DNA of 64,000 nt from an uncultured bacterium (GTDB taxonomy: Bacteria > Verrucomicrobiota > Verrucomicrobiia > Limisphaerales > UBA8199), in assembly GCA_963749495.1 (NCBI GenBank), contig CAVVMW010000021.1, positions 448,001 to 512,000 of the forward strand. Reading direction: 5' to 3'. The notes beneath the pieces were generated by a model that saw only the letters and a program-made list of their open reading frames with translations, made no database searches and had not been told where the DNA came from. A program made the position numbers and the translations under genes. This document shows positions 10,941 through 19,855 of this stretch, one piece after another (within the stretch, counting starts at the first letter, position 1; the number at the start of each line of letters is the position of its first letter).

Positions 10941-11984
10941 CTACTTGTCTTCGCTCAGCAACCCATCCCTGGCCATGGTCTCCTGGAGTTCGAGGATGGT
11001 GGCGGTGCCGGTGGTGCCCAGTTTGTGGATGACGATGGAGGCGGCGGCGCTGGCCAGTTCGAGCGCCTCGCGCAAGCCGGCGCCGGCGGCAATCGCCGCA
11101 GCCAGGTTGGCCGAGACGGCGTCCCCTGCCCCGACGATGTCGATTTCTCCGCGAACCGGGAGGGCGGGGACATGCTCGACCTGGCCGCCGGGGGAGGCGC
11201 CGACTATGCCGCGTTCTGCCAGGGTGACGAAGACGGCGCGGTGACTGGCGTTGGCCAGTTCGAGGGCGGCGCGCTGGATGTCCTTGAAGTCGAGTTGGGC
11301 CTGGGCACCGGTGAGGGCGGCCAGTTCGGCGGCGTTCATCTTGAAGATGACCGGCGGGAAACCGCGCAGGCTGCGGCGGCTATCGGCCAGCACCAGCAGG
11401 TCCGGATGGAGGCGGGCGCTGTCACGCAAGGCCTCGAGGATACGCTGTGTGACAACGCCCGTCTCGGGGGTATCAACCTGGTCCAGGACGATGATGGCAT
11501 CGACGATCTTGGCAGCGTCCAGGACCCGGCTCATGAGCAAGCCCTGGACCAGGGATGGGGTGGGGGTCCAATTCTTGATGTCGAGGCGATTGAGCTCGGC
11601 AGGCGTTTTGCCCGGGGCCATGACGAGGGGCTTGGTGTAGGTGAAGGTGCGGCGTTGGGCGGTGCGCGCGAAGAAGCTCAGCCGGACGCCGGGCCGCTGC
11701 TCCAGGGCGCGCCACAATTCATAGCCCTCGCCATCGTCCCCGGCGAAGCCGATGGGATAGAGCGCGCCGATGCGGAGGGCGGCGAGGTTGTTAAGGATGG
11801 TGCCGGCGCCGCCGGGTTGGGCGCGGACGTTGACGACGTTGTGAACAGGGAGGCCGGTTTCGATGGAGACTTCGGCCCTGGCAGGGTCGATTTCGAGGTA
11901 GCGGTCCAGGCAGAAATCACCCAGGACGGCCATGCGAAGGCCGCTATAGCGCTCGGTAATGGCGTGGAAACGGTCCAGGTTCAT
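10941..11984 (-). CDS. PfkB/ribokinase-family carbohydrate kinase (RfaE/HldE kinase-domain-like)
   Basis: VLGDFCLDRY, PGGAG, VTLAERG, DIVGAGD. Start at MNLDRF (11984) overlaps the upstream stop (ATGA). Confidence 0.85.
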   Translation of the reverse strand: MNLDRFHAITERYSGLRMAVLGDFCLDRYLEIDPARAEVSIETGLPVHNVVNVRAQPGGAGTILNNLAALRIGALYPIGFAGDDGEGYELWRALEQRPGVRLSFFARTAQRRTFTYTKPLVMAPGKTPAELNRLDIKNWTPTPSLVQGLLMSRVLDAAKIVDAIIVLDQVDTPETGVVTQRILEALRDSARLHPDLLVLADSRRSLRGFPPVIFKMNAAELAALTGAQAQLDFKDIQRAALELANASHRAVFVTLAERGIVGASPGGQVEHVPALPVRGEIDIVGAGDAVSANLAAAIAAGAGLREALELASAAASIVIHKLGTTGTATILELQETMARDGLLSEDK

Positions 11985-13093
11985 GCGTTCAATTGGCTGA
12001 GCAGGTTGTGCAGGAACACGGCATTGTCGCACTGGAGATAGCGCATCGCGCCGCCCATGCGTGAAAAGCTCTTGCAGAAGCGCAGATAATAGGCGGGATG
12101 GGTCTTGGGCGGCTCGCCCTTGGACCAGTCCCAATGGCCGCCGTCCTGGATGTCCACGACATAGATGGCGTGGCCGCGGACGATTGGGCGGCCGGCCTGG
12201 AGCCGGAGGTTGTTGACGCAGCTCAGGCTCTTCTCGAAGACCTGCGGGGCCATGATGGCCGAACCGACAACCAGGACGACGCCGCCGTCCAAGCCCTCCA
12301 CGGCGCGGCCGAAGAGGCGGAAATCGATTGCGGCGGCACGGCCGATGGCAGCGCCGTTGAACAAGGGATGGTTGGAGATAATGTCGTAGCCGATGCCCGG
12401 GTGGGCGGTCATGGGGACATTCCGCCTGAAGGCCTGGGCGAGGATCGACGTCTCCTTCCAGGGGTGGGGCGTCTCGATGCGCCCGGCGGGCAGTTGGCGG
12501 GCCTGCACGACTTGGAGCAGTTCGGCGCGGGCCGGGGCCAGCGGGTGCCTGGGTTCGGCCCGCAAGGCGGCCTCGAGCGACTCGGCAGAGGGCAGCGTCG
12601 TCCCCTCCTCGCAGATGAAACGCCCGAGGCTGCGGCCATAGCCTTCGTTGCGCAGCGCCCCGGCCAGCAGCGCCAGGTGGATGCAGCGGCCGGTTTCCTC
12701 CCAGGTGCCGAAGGTGCCTGTGGCCACATTGTCGCGCACGCTCTCTTCGGTGCGGCCCAGATAGGCCAGCTCCCAGTCATGGATCGTGCCGGCGCCGTTG
12801 GTGGCCAAGTGCGTGAGCCAGCCCCGCTCCACCAACCGGTTGACCACGCGCAGCAAGCCGCTCTTGAGGAGGTGCGCGCCGTACATGAGGATGACGGCCG
12901 CCCCGCGCTCGCGGGCAGCCGCCATTTGCCGGGCGCAGTCCCCAATGGCCTCGAGCATCGCCGCAGGACACGCGGGCGGTCGGGCCGCCGGGTCGCGCAG
13001 GAGTTGCTCGACCGAGGTCTTGCTCCTGCGTTCCGAGAGCGGATAGACCTTGAGTTTCGTCAGATCGAGCGGTTCAGGGAAATCCGCGCTCAT
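11981..13093 (-). CDS. Conserved hypothetical protein, deoxyhypusine-synthase-like fold
   Basis: GAHLLK, HLATNGAGTIHDWE, GTFG.WEETG, HPGIGYDI, VGSAIMAPQVFEK; family inferred. Confidence 0.6.
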   Translation of the reverse strand: MSADFPEPLDLTKLKVYPLSERRSKTSVEQLLRDPAARPPACPAAMLEAIGDCARQMAAARERGAAVILMYGAHLLKSGLLRVVNRLVERGWLTHLATNGAGTIHDWELAYLGRTEESVRDNVATGTFGTWEETGRCIHLALLAGALRNEGYGRSLGRFICEEGTTLPSAESLEAALRAEPRHPLAPARAELLQVVQARQLPAGRIETPHPWKETSILAQAFRRNVPMTAHPGIGYDIISNHPLFNGAAIGRAAAIDFRLFGRAVEGLDGGVVLVVGSAIMAPQVFEKSLSCVNNLRLQAGRPIVRGHAIYVVDIQDGGHWDWSKGEPPKTHPAYYLRFCKSFSRMGGAMRYLQCDNAVFLHNLLSQLNA

Positions 13094-13099
13094 CCGTGT

Positions 13100-13963
13100 T
13101 CATCCGTGGTTGGGATTTTCCGCTGCGGGCCCCGGCACGATCCGCTCCATCAAGGCAATGCCATCCCGAAAATCGGGAATGACAACGTCGGCGCCGACGC
13201 CCAGGAGGCGTTTGCGTTTCCAGGGGTCGAACTGGCCGGACCCATTGTGCGCCTCGTCGCTCGCCACCGCCACGGCCAGCCCGCCGGCCTCTTTGGTGTT
13301 CTCGATTTCCACGTAGCCGTCGCCAAAGGACAGGAGCCGGCTGCCCTCGATGCGGTTCTCCCGCAGTATCCGCTCGATGACCATCTTCTTGGAGAACTGC
13401 TTGTAGTCATCGAGCGCGCCGTAGATGCGCTCTCCGAAGTGGCGGACCAGGTCGAGCAATTGGGCCTCCTGTTTGACGAAGACCTCGTCGGTGCCGCTGG
13501 CCAGGTAAAGGGCCAGGCCGCGGCGCTGGAGGCTCTCCAGGAGGGGACGCGCGCCCCAGACCAGGAGGCTGTCGGGCGAGACGGCGCCCGAGCGCAGGGC
13601 CTCGAGGCGATGGTGAATCCTCACATCGAGCCGACGCAGGTATTCCTGCTTGTACCAGAGCGGGTCGCGAGGTGCGCCGCCCCTCTGGCGGATGCGCTCG
13701 GCCAACTGGATCATCTGGTAGATCGTCTGCTTGCCGTTGAGGCGCATGATGTCGTTTTCGCACAGTTGGCGGCGCGCCGCCTCGCTCTCGCCGGGCAAGG
13801 GCGGCAGCGCCTCGACGAACATCGGCAGCATCACTTCCGGCCATCCCTGCCGGATGAGCGAGAGCGTGCCGTCAAAGTCGAACAGCACATGGCTCACCCC
13901 GGGACGCGGGGCGAAACCGGGGCCGAACTCAATCTGCCCTCTGAATCGAGCTATCGAGGACAC
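13100..13963 (-). CDS. HAD-superfamily hydrolase
   Basis: FDFDGTLS motif I, LASGT motif II, FGDGYVE motif IV. Confidence 0.88.
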   Translation of the reverse strand: MSSIARFRGQIEFGPGFAPRPGVSHVLFDFDGTLSLIRQGWPEVMLPMFVEALPPLPGESEAARRQLCENDIMRLNGKQTIYQMIQLAERIRQRGGAPRDPLWYKQEYLRRLDVRIHHRLEALRSGAVSPDSLLVWGARPLLESLQRRGLALYLASGTDEVFVKQEAQLLDLVRHFGERIYGALDDYKQFSKKMVIERILRENRIEGSRLLSFGDGYVEIENTKEAGGLAVAVASDEAHNGSGQFDPWKRKRLLGVGADVVIPDFRDGIALMERIVPGPAAENPNHG

Positions 13964-14015
13964 CTGGGGCGAAGTGGCGTGGCGGGTGGCTCAAGAAGGC
14001 CCCTCGGGCGCGACG

Positions 14016-14132
14016 GCGTTTTGGACTGAGGCAGTCCCCTGCCGCTTTCTTGACCTTTGCGAGATGGAAAGCGGTCCCGATGATGGATCGGGACCGCGGT
14101 CCAAAACCTTGCGGCCTTCACGACGGCTCATG
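14016..14132. repeat. REP/MITE-like family A, degenerate copy 3
   Basis: GCGTTTTGGACTGAGGCAGTCCCCTGCCGCTTT ... AAAGCGG ... GTCCAAAACC, with an internal substituted hairpin. Confidence 0.7.
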
Positions 14133-14143
14133 GCAAGGCGACC

Positions 14144-15058
14144 CTACGCATCGCAGATCTCGATGGCCTGCCTGAGCGAGGCCAAAGCATCGGCGCGTTT
14201 GGGAAGGAACTCCTGGCTGACATAGCCCTTGAAGCCGGTGGCGGCGATGGCCTTCATCACGGCGCGGTAGTTGATTTCCTGGGTCTCATCGATTTCGTTG
14301 CGGCCGGGCACGCCGCCGGTGTGGTAATGGCCGATGTATTGATGGTTGTCCCGGATCGTGCGGATCATGTCGCCCTCCATGATCTGCATGTGGTAGATGT
14401 CGTAGAGGAGCTTGAGCCACTCCGAGCCGACGCGTTTGCACAACTCGACGCCCCAGGCGGTGTGGTCGGCCATGTAATCATGATGGTCAACCTTGCTGTT
14501 GAGCAGTTCGAGGTTGACGAGGACTTTGTGTTTTTCGGCGATGGGCACCAGGCGTTTGAGGCCCTTGACGCAGTTTTCCAGGCCCTGTTCGTCGGGCATG
14601 CCGTTGCGGTTGCCGGAGAAGGTGATGATGTTGGGGAAGCCGTTTTGTGCAACCGGGGGGATGGCCTGCTCGAACTTGGCCAGGAGGTTGTCATGGTGCT
14701 CGACGCGGTTCCAGCCGTAGGGGATGTTGTCCGGGCCGTTGCACATGGCGCAGATCAGACCGGCCTTCTTGACCGCCGGCCATTCCGAGGGGCCGAGCAG
14801 TTCGACCGATTCCAACCCCATGCCCGCGCACTCGCGGCAAAAGTCCTCGAAACTCATCTTGGCGGGCCTGCCGTTGCGGGCATCCAGCAACGTGCCGTAG
14901 CACCACTTGCAGACCGAGTGGTGGATATTGCCCTTGAGTTTCGGGGCCGCCGCATCGGCGGCTGCCAGACGATGTGGGAGTGAGGCCATGGCCGCCAGCG
15001 CGGCCGTGCCACCAGTGATGCTCCGCAGCGCGGAGCGACGAGTCATGTTTTGGTTCAT
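14144..15058 (-). CDS. Tat-exported hydroxypyruvate-isomerase-like TIM-barrel protein
   Basis: TRRSALR Tat motif; ELLNSKVDH, LLYDIYHMQIMEGD, HYHTGGVPGRNE. Confidence 0.85.
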   Translation of the reverse strand: MNQNMTRRSALRSITGGTAALAAMASLPHRLAAADAAAPKLKGNIHHSVCKWCYGTLLDARNGRPAKMSFEDFCRECAGMGLESVELLGPSEWPAVKKAGLICAMCNGPDNIPYGWNRVEHHDNLLAKFEQAIPPVAQNGFPNIITFSGNRNGMPDEQGLENCVKGLKRLVPIAEKHKVLVNLELLNSKVDHHDYMADHTAWGVELCKRVGSEWLKLLYDIYHMQIMEGDMIRTIRDNHQYIGHYHTGGVPGRNEIDETQEINYRAVMKAIAATGFKGYVSQEFLPKRADALASLRQAIEICDA

Positions 15059-15602
15059 TGGACGAAGTTACTCCGTGCGGTGCGCAAAAGGCACGACTTT
15101 TTTAGAAAGATGCGCCGCCCCACGCGAAGCGTTTAAACCATCCGGGGTTCCGGGCTTCGGAGGCGGTCTATGGGGCCGGCTCCTGCCGGCAGCGGAAGAA
15201 CTTCAGACCCGCGCCCAAGTCGGTATCGAACGCGGGAAAGAGGGGGCACCCCTGGGGCACGAACAATCGGCGCGGCCCCTTCGATGCAAACCGCCGCGCC
15301 CCGAAGCAAAAGGGCGCGCTCGGATCGTTGGCAGTCTGTCCGCCCTCTCCGGTCGAGCAGGGCCCGTTCTGTTGGTTGTCCGGTGCTGAACTCACAGGCC
15401 CATTGGACGACGCCGGCCCGGGAAAATTCAGACTTAGAGAGCGCGCGCGCACGACGCATTTCTTGGAGCGCCCATCCTGCCGCCTTTAGGCGGCAGCAAC
15501 GAATTCTGTCCTGCGCCCGGGAGGGCGCCGGGCTCATTTTTGAGCGTGACATTTGTGGGCGTTTCTTCGTAGGATTCAGGGAGTTAACTCGGACGAATTG
15601 GC

Positions 15603-15851
15603 ATGCGCGTGAAGATGCAGAAGCGATTGCGGCACTTTTCCCTCGACAACGGCCAGCAGGCTCCCGTCAACCTGCCCCTGGAATTCGAGGGCAGGCGGGT
15701 ATTCATCATCTGGGACCTTGTCGTTTTGGGCAGACACCAGTTCAAGGCGCGGATCGAAATCGATCCAAGGCTCCTGGAGCAATTGAACCGCCAGGGCACA
15801 GATTACTCTTACCGAGGCCGGCTCGTCCTGCCCCGGCCACAGGACAATTAG
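15603..15851 (+). CDS. Hypothetical protein
   Basis: 82 aa, protein-like composition, sits in the gap upstream of the tyrA-like gene. Confidence 0.5.
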   Translation: MRVKMQKRLRHFSLDNGQQAPVNLPLEFEGRRVFIIWDLVVLGRHQFKARIEIDPRLLEQLNRQGTDYSYRGRLVLPRPQDN

Positions 15852-15901
15852 GGGCGAACTTGCCTCTTGAAAGTGAGGCCCTAAAGCCCGAAACTCGGGG
15901 C

Positions 15902-16786
15902 GTGCGTTGGCGGCAGATCACGGTGGCAGGGGTCGGCCTATTGGGCGGCTCGCTGGGCCTGGCCCTCAGGAAGGGCGGGTTGGCTGACAAGGTCGTCGGG
16001 TTGGTCCGGCGGCCCTCCAGCGTGTTGGAGTGCGAAGGTTGTGGGGCGGCCGATGTCGCGACGGGCGACCCGCGGCAGGCGGTGGAGGAGGCGGACATGG
16101 TGGTGTTGTGTACACCGCTGGCCCGGATGCGTCCCCTGGTCGAGCAGATGCTGCCGGCCCTGGCCCGCGGCGCGGTCGTCACCGATGTCGGGAGCGTCAA
16201 AGGCACCGTGGTTGAGGAGTTGGAGGCGCTGGTCGGGCAAGCGGGGTGCCATTTCATCGGCGGCCATCCGATGGCAGGCGGGGAAAAGAGCGGCGTGGCG
16301 GCGGCTCGGGCCGACCTCTTTGTCGGGGCCGTTTGCGTCCTGACCCCTACGGCCGGGTCGCATCCCCCTGCCCTGCGCCAGGTGCGAGGGCTCTGGGAGG
16401 CGGTGGGCGCGAACGTCCTGGAGATGACGGCACGGGCCCATGACGAGCTGGTAGGCCGCTCCAGTCACCTGCCGCATGTCCTGGCCGCGCAATTGGCCAG
16501 CCTGGTCTTGAGCCCGGAGTATCCCTCCGAGCAGGGCATCCTCTGCGCCAACGGGTTCCGCGATACCACCCGTGTTGCCTCGGGCTCGCCCGAGATGTGG
16601 CGCGACATCGCGCTTGCCAACCGCCGGAACCTTTGCTGCGCCCTTCAGACCTTCATGCTCGGCCTCCAGGAGTTCCACCGGGCCCTCGAGGCCGGTGACG
16701 CGCGGGCCATCGCCGCCTTTTTTCAAACCGCCAAGCACCGCCGCGACGGCTGGTCCAGCAACGTCAAGGCCTCGTCCCCGGAGTGA
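15902..16786 (+). CDS. tyrA: Prephenate/arogenate dehydrogenase
   Basis: GVGLLGGSLG Rossmann motif, TDVGSVKG, GGHPMAG.E, HD...SHLPH, GFRDTTRVASG.PEMWRDI. GTG start chosen inside ORF 15170..16786. Confidence 0.9.
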   Translation: MRWRQITVAGVGLLGGSLGLALRKGGLADKVVGLVRRPSSVLECEGCGAADVATGDPRQAVEEADMVVLCTPLARMRPLVEQMLPALARGAVVTDVGSVKGTVVEELEALVGQAGCHFIGGHPMAGGEKSGVAAARADLFVGAVCVLTPTAGSHPPALRQVRGLWEAVGANVLEMTARAHDELVGRSSHLPHVLAAQLASLVLSPEYPSEQGILCANGFRDTTRVASGSPEMWRDIALANRRNLCCALQTFMLGLQEFHRALEAGDARAIAAFFQTAKHRRDGWSSNVKASSPE

Positions 16787-16798
16787 TGTGACAACCTA

Positions 16799-18232
16799 AT
16801 GTCTCTTCCCGCGCTCATTGAAATCCTTCCGATCCACAACCCGGTGAAGGCCGAGATCACCGTGCCAGGGTCCAAGAGCATCACCAATCGGGCCTTGATA
16901 CTGGCAGCGCTGGGGGACGGGGTCACGACGCTCCAGGGCGCCCTCTGGAGCGAGGACACGCAGATAATGGTCCAATGCCTGCGTGCTCTGGGCTTCAGCG
17001 TCCACGCCGTCCCTGACCCGGAGGAGGCCTGCAACCGCACCATCAGCGTCCACGGCCGGGGCGGCCAGGTGCCGGAGGGCGGCACGGAGGGGCAGCCGCT
17101 CGAGCTGTGCGTGGGCAACGCCGGCACGGCGGCGCGGTTCCTGGCGGCCTTCGTCTGCCTTGGCCGGGGAGTCTATCGGTTGCACGGCGCGCGCCGCATG
17201 CACGAGCGGCCACAGGCCGCTCTGTTTGGCGCCTTGCGCGAATTGGGCTACCGGGTTGACTCGCCCAATGACCGGCTGCCCGCGACGATCCATGGCCAGG
17301 GACCCCGCCCGGGCAAATGCCGGGTGAGCCTCGACCAGAGTTCGCAGTTCGCCTCGGCGCTCCTGCTGGCGGGCGGCAATTACTGGACCATCGAGGTCAC
17401 CGGCGCCAACGCCGACGAGCAGCCCTACGTCGAGATGACCCGGGCCTTAATAAAGACCTTCCCGGCCGGCGGCGGGGTTTTCGCCATCGAACCGGATGCT
17501 TCCAGCGGGAGTTACTTCCTGGGGGCGGAATGGATTTTGCGCAACGACGAAATCACCACTGCAATCAAGCAGGCCTTGGCCGGCCCTGCCTCCGGCTCGT
17601 TGAGCGGCAAATTCTGGGAACCCGACCCGGAGAAACTGACTTCCATCTCCGTCCGCGGCTGGCCGGCCAGCGGGTGGCAGGTGGATGCCGACTTCCCCAA
17701 ATTGCTCTCGGCGGCGGGACCCCCGCCCAAGCCCGGCAGCGGGGACACCCTGCTGCCAATCTATCGGGTGAACCTTACCCTGCCGGACGAGGTCTCGCGC
17801 GAGCACGACCTGGGCGACAGCATCATGACCGCCGCCGTGCTGGCGCCCCTGGCCGGCCAGCTCATCCGCCTGACTGACCTTGCCCGCCTCCGCCTCCAGG
17901 AGACCGAGCGCGTGGCGGCATTGCGAACCGAATTGACGCGGTGCGGGGCCGAGGTGATCGAACAGGGCGATACGCTCACGATTCTGCCTTCGGCCGGCAG
18001 GCTGCACGGCGCCGAGATCGAAACCTACAACGACCACCGCATCGCGATGTGCTTTGCCATCCTGGGCCTGAAGGTCCCGGGCATCAAAATCAAGAATCCC
18101 GCCTGCGTCAAGAAGACCTTTCCCAATTTCTTCCAGAAACTGGCTGCCCCGCCGCCGCGCGGCCTGGGCGTGAGCATCCTGGACCCCAACACCGGGCGAC
18201 GGCTCCAGGCGGAGGAGTTGATGCCGGACTGA
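16799..18232 (+). CDS. aroA: 3-phosphoshikimate 1-carboxyvinyltransferase
   Basis: PGSKSITNRAL, GNAGTAARF, RMHERP, SSQFASALL, TYNDHRIAM, CVKKTFPNFF. Confidence 0.95.
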   Translation: MSLPALIEILPIHNPVKAEITVPGSKSITNRALILAALGDGVTTLQGALWSEDTQIMVQCLRALGFSVHAVPDPEEACNRTISVHGRGGQVPEGGTEGQPLELCVGNAGTAARFLAAFVCLGRGVYRLHGARRMHERPQAALFGALRELGYRVDSPNDRLPATIHGQGPRPGKCRVSLDQSSQFASALLLAGGNYWTIEVTGANADEQPYVEMTRALIKTFPAGGGVFAIEPDASSGSYFLGAEWILRNDEITTAIKQALAGPASGSLSGKFWEPDPEKLTSISVRGWPASGWQVDADFPKLLSAAGPPPKPGSGDTLLPIYRVNLTLPDEVSREHDLGDSIMTAAVLAPLAGQLIRLTDLARLRLQETERVAALRTELTRCGAEVIEQGDTLTILPSAGRLHGAEIETYNDHRIAMCFAILGLKVPGIKIKNPACVKKTFPNFFQKLAAPPPRGLGVSILDPNTGRRLQAEELMPD

Positions 18233-18240
18233 ATCTGAGC

Positions 18241-18891
18241 ATGAGTCGGTCCATTGTCATCGCTATTGACGGCACCAGCGCCAGTGGCAAGAGCACCAAC
18301 TCGAAGCTGGTGGCCAAGGCGCTGAATTTCGTGCACGTGGATACCGGGGCCATGTACCGCGCCCTGGCCTGGTATTGTTTGACTCATAAGATCGATGTAC
18401 ACGATGCCAAGGCGGTTGCCGCCGCCTGCCGCCGATGGAAGACCTCGCTCGGGTGCGTCGACAACCAGGTGCAACTCAGGGTCGAAGGTTATTACCCGGC
18501 CCAGGAGATCCGCACGCCGGAGGTCAGCGCCGCGGTGCCGCACGTGGCAGCGGTGCCCCAAGTGCGCCAGTGGATGAAAAAGAAACAGCGCGAGTGCGGC
18601 CGGTTCGGCAACTTGGTGATGGAGGGCCGCGACATCGGGACCAATATCTTCCCGGAAACGGAGTTCAAGTATTACCTGGATGCCGCGCTGGAGGAGCGGG
18701 CGCGCCGCCGCGCCGCCGAGGGCATCCGGGAGAACCTGGCGGCGCGCGACCAACGCGACAGCCAGCGCGCCGTCGCCCCGCTGATGATCCCCCTGGGCGC
18801 TATGGTCATCAATAATTCGCAGATGACCTCACAGCAGACCAGCGCCCTGATTATCGCCGATGTCAAACGGAGGCTCGCTCGGGCTCCATGA
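18241..18891 (+). CDS. cmk: Cytidylate kinase
   Basis: IAIDGTSASGKST, DTGAMYR, MEGRDIGT, RDQRDSQR...PL. Confidence 0.93.
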   Translation: MSRSIVIAIDGTSASGKSTNSKLVAKALNFVHVDTGAMYRALAWYCLTHKIDVHDAKAVAAACRRWKTSLGCVDNQVQLRVEGYYPAQEIRTPEVSAAVPHVAAVPQVRQWMKKKQRECGRFGNLVMEGRDIGTNIFPETEFKYYLDAALEERARRRAAEGIRENLAARDQRDSQRAVAPLMIPLGAMVINNSQMTSQQTSALIIADVKRRLARAP

Positions 18892-19541
18892 ACCCGACCT
18901 ATTATCTGGGCTGGCTCAGCTTTCGGGTGCTGTTCAAGGTCTATTTCCGGGCGCGCTTTTACAATGCCGGGCGAGTGCCCCTCCAGGGGCCGGTCATCCT
19001 CGCCTCGAACCACGCCAGTTTTCTCGACCCGCCTCTGGTCGGTTCGGGCCTGTCCCGGGTCGTCAATTACCTGGCGCGAGAAAACTTGTTCCGTTTCCGG
19101 GTGTCGGGCTGGGTCCTGCGCCAGTGGCAGGTTGTGCCCGTCGACCGCGAAGGCGGCGGAGCGGCGGGGCTCAAGGCCATCCTGGATCGCCTCCTGGCGG
19201 GCGGCGCGATTCTTCTCTTCCCGGAGGGCACGCGCACCCGCGACGGACGCCTTCAACCGGCCCGCTCGGGCATCGGCTTGACGGTCATCAAATCGAGCGC
19301 CCCGGTGCTGCCCGTGCGCACCTTTGGCACGTTCCAGGCCTACAGCCGCCACTCGCGCTGGCCCCGCCCGCACCGCCTCGCCGTCAAATACGGCCGCCCG
19401 CTCCTCTTCGAGGAACTCCGCACCGAAGCCAAAACCTGCTCCAAGCAGCGGCTCAAAGCCATCTACCGGCAGGTCGCCGGCCAGATCATGGGCGCCATCA
19501 CGCGGCTGGAGCCGTGTGAAGACAGGGACCGGTTTCCATAA
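18888..19541 (+). CDS. plsC: 1-acyl-sn-glycerol-3-phosphate acyltransferase
   Basis: NHASFLDP and FPEGTR motifs; follows cmk. Confidence 0.88.
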   Translation: MNPTYYLGWLSFRVLFKVYFRARFYNAGRVPLQGPVILASNHASFLDPPLVGSGLSRVVNYLARENLFRFRVSGWVLRQWQVVPVDREGGGAAGLKAILDRLLAGGAILLFPEGTRTRDGRLQPARSGIGLTVIKSSAPVLPVRTFGTFQAYSRHSRWPRPHRLAVKYGRPLLFEELRTEAKTCSKQRLKAIYRQVAGQIMGAITRLEPCEDRDRFP

Positions 19542-19713
19542 GGAGCCGTCAAGAAATAAAGGTGGCAAGATGCCGCCGGGATTTTGTCGGCCAGCGAGGC
19601 GCGAGCGAGGCGCATATCCGCACGGATCTGTAACGAGCGAGCAACGAAGCTGGCCGGCAAAAGACCAAGATATTATCTTCTTTTGCCGCGCGGCCGGTTT
19701 TGACGCTACGCGG

Positions 19714-19849
19714 GTGACCTGGTCCGGTTCCTACGTCCTCCAATCGGCCCTGAGCCCGCCGGCGCCTACCAGGACGTGACCGGCGCGACCAGCCCGTACA
19801 CCAATAGCCCCCGCTGGCCAAGGCCCAGTTTTTTCGACTGCGGAACTGA
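19714..19849 (+). pseudogene. Orphan C-terminal-domain remnant of a secreted protein
   Basis: Reads VTWSGSYVLQSA..GAYQDVTGATSPYTN..QFFRLRN* across frame changes; no upstream gene body. Confidence 0.5.
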
Positions 19850-19855
19850 ACGCCG

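Noticed and set aside
15133..15552. ORFs in the 15.1-15.6 kb gap and the long N-terminal extension of tyrA
   Set aside because: No recognisable motifs; the TyrA Rossmann fold begins at about 15902
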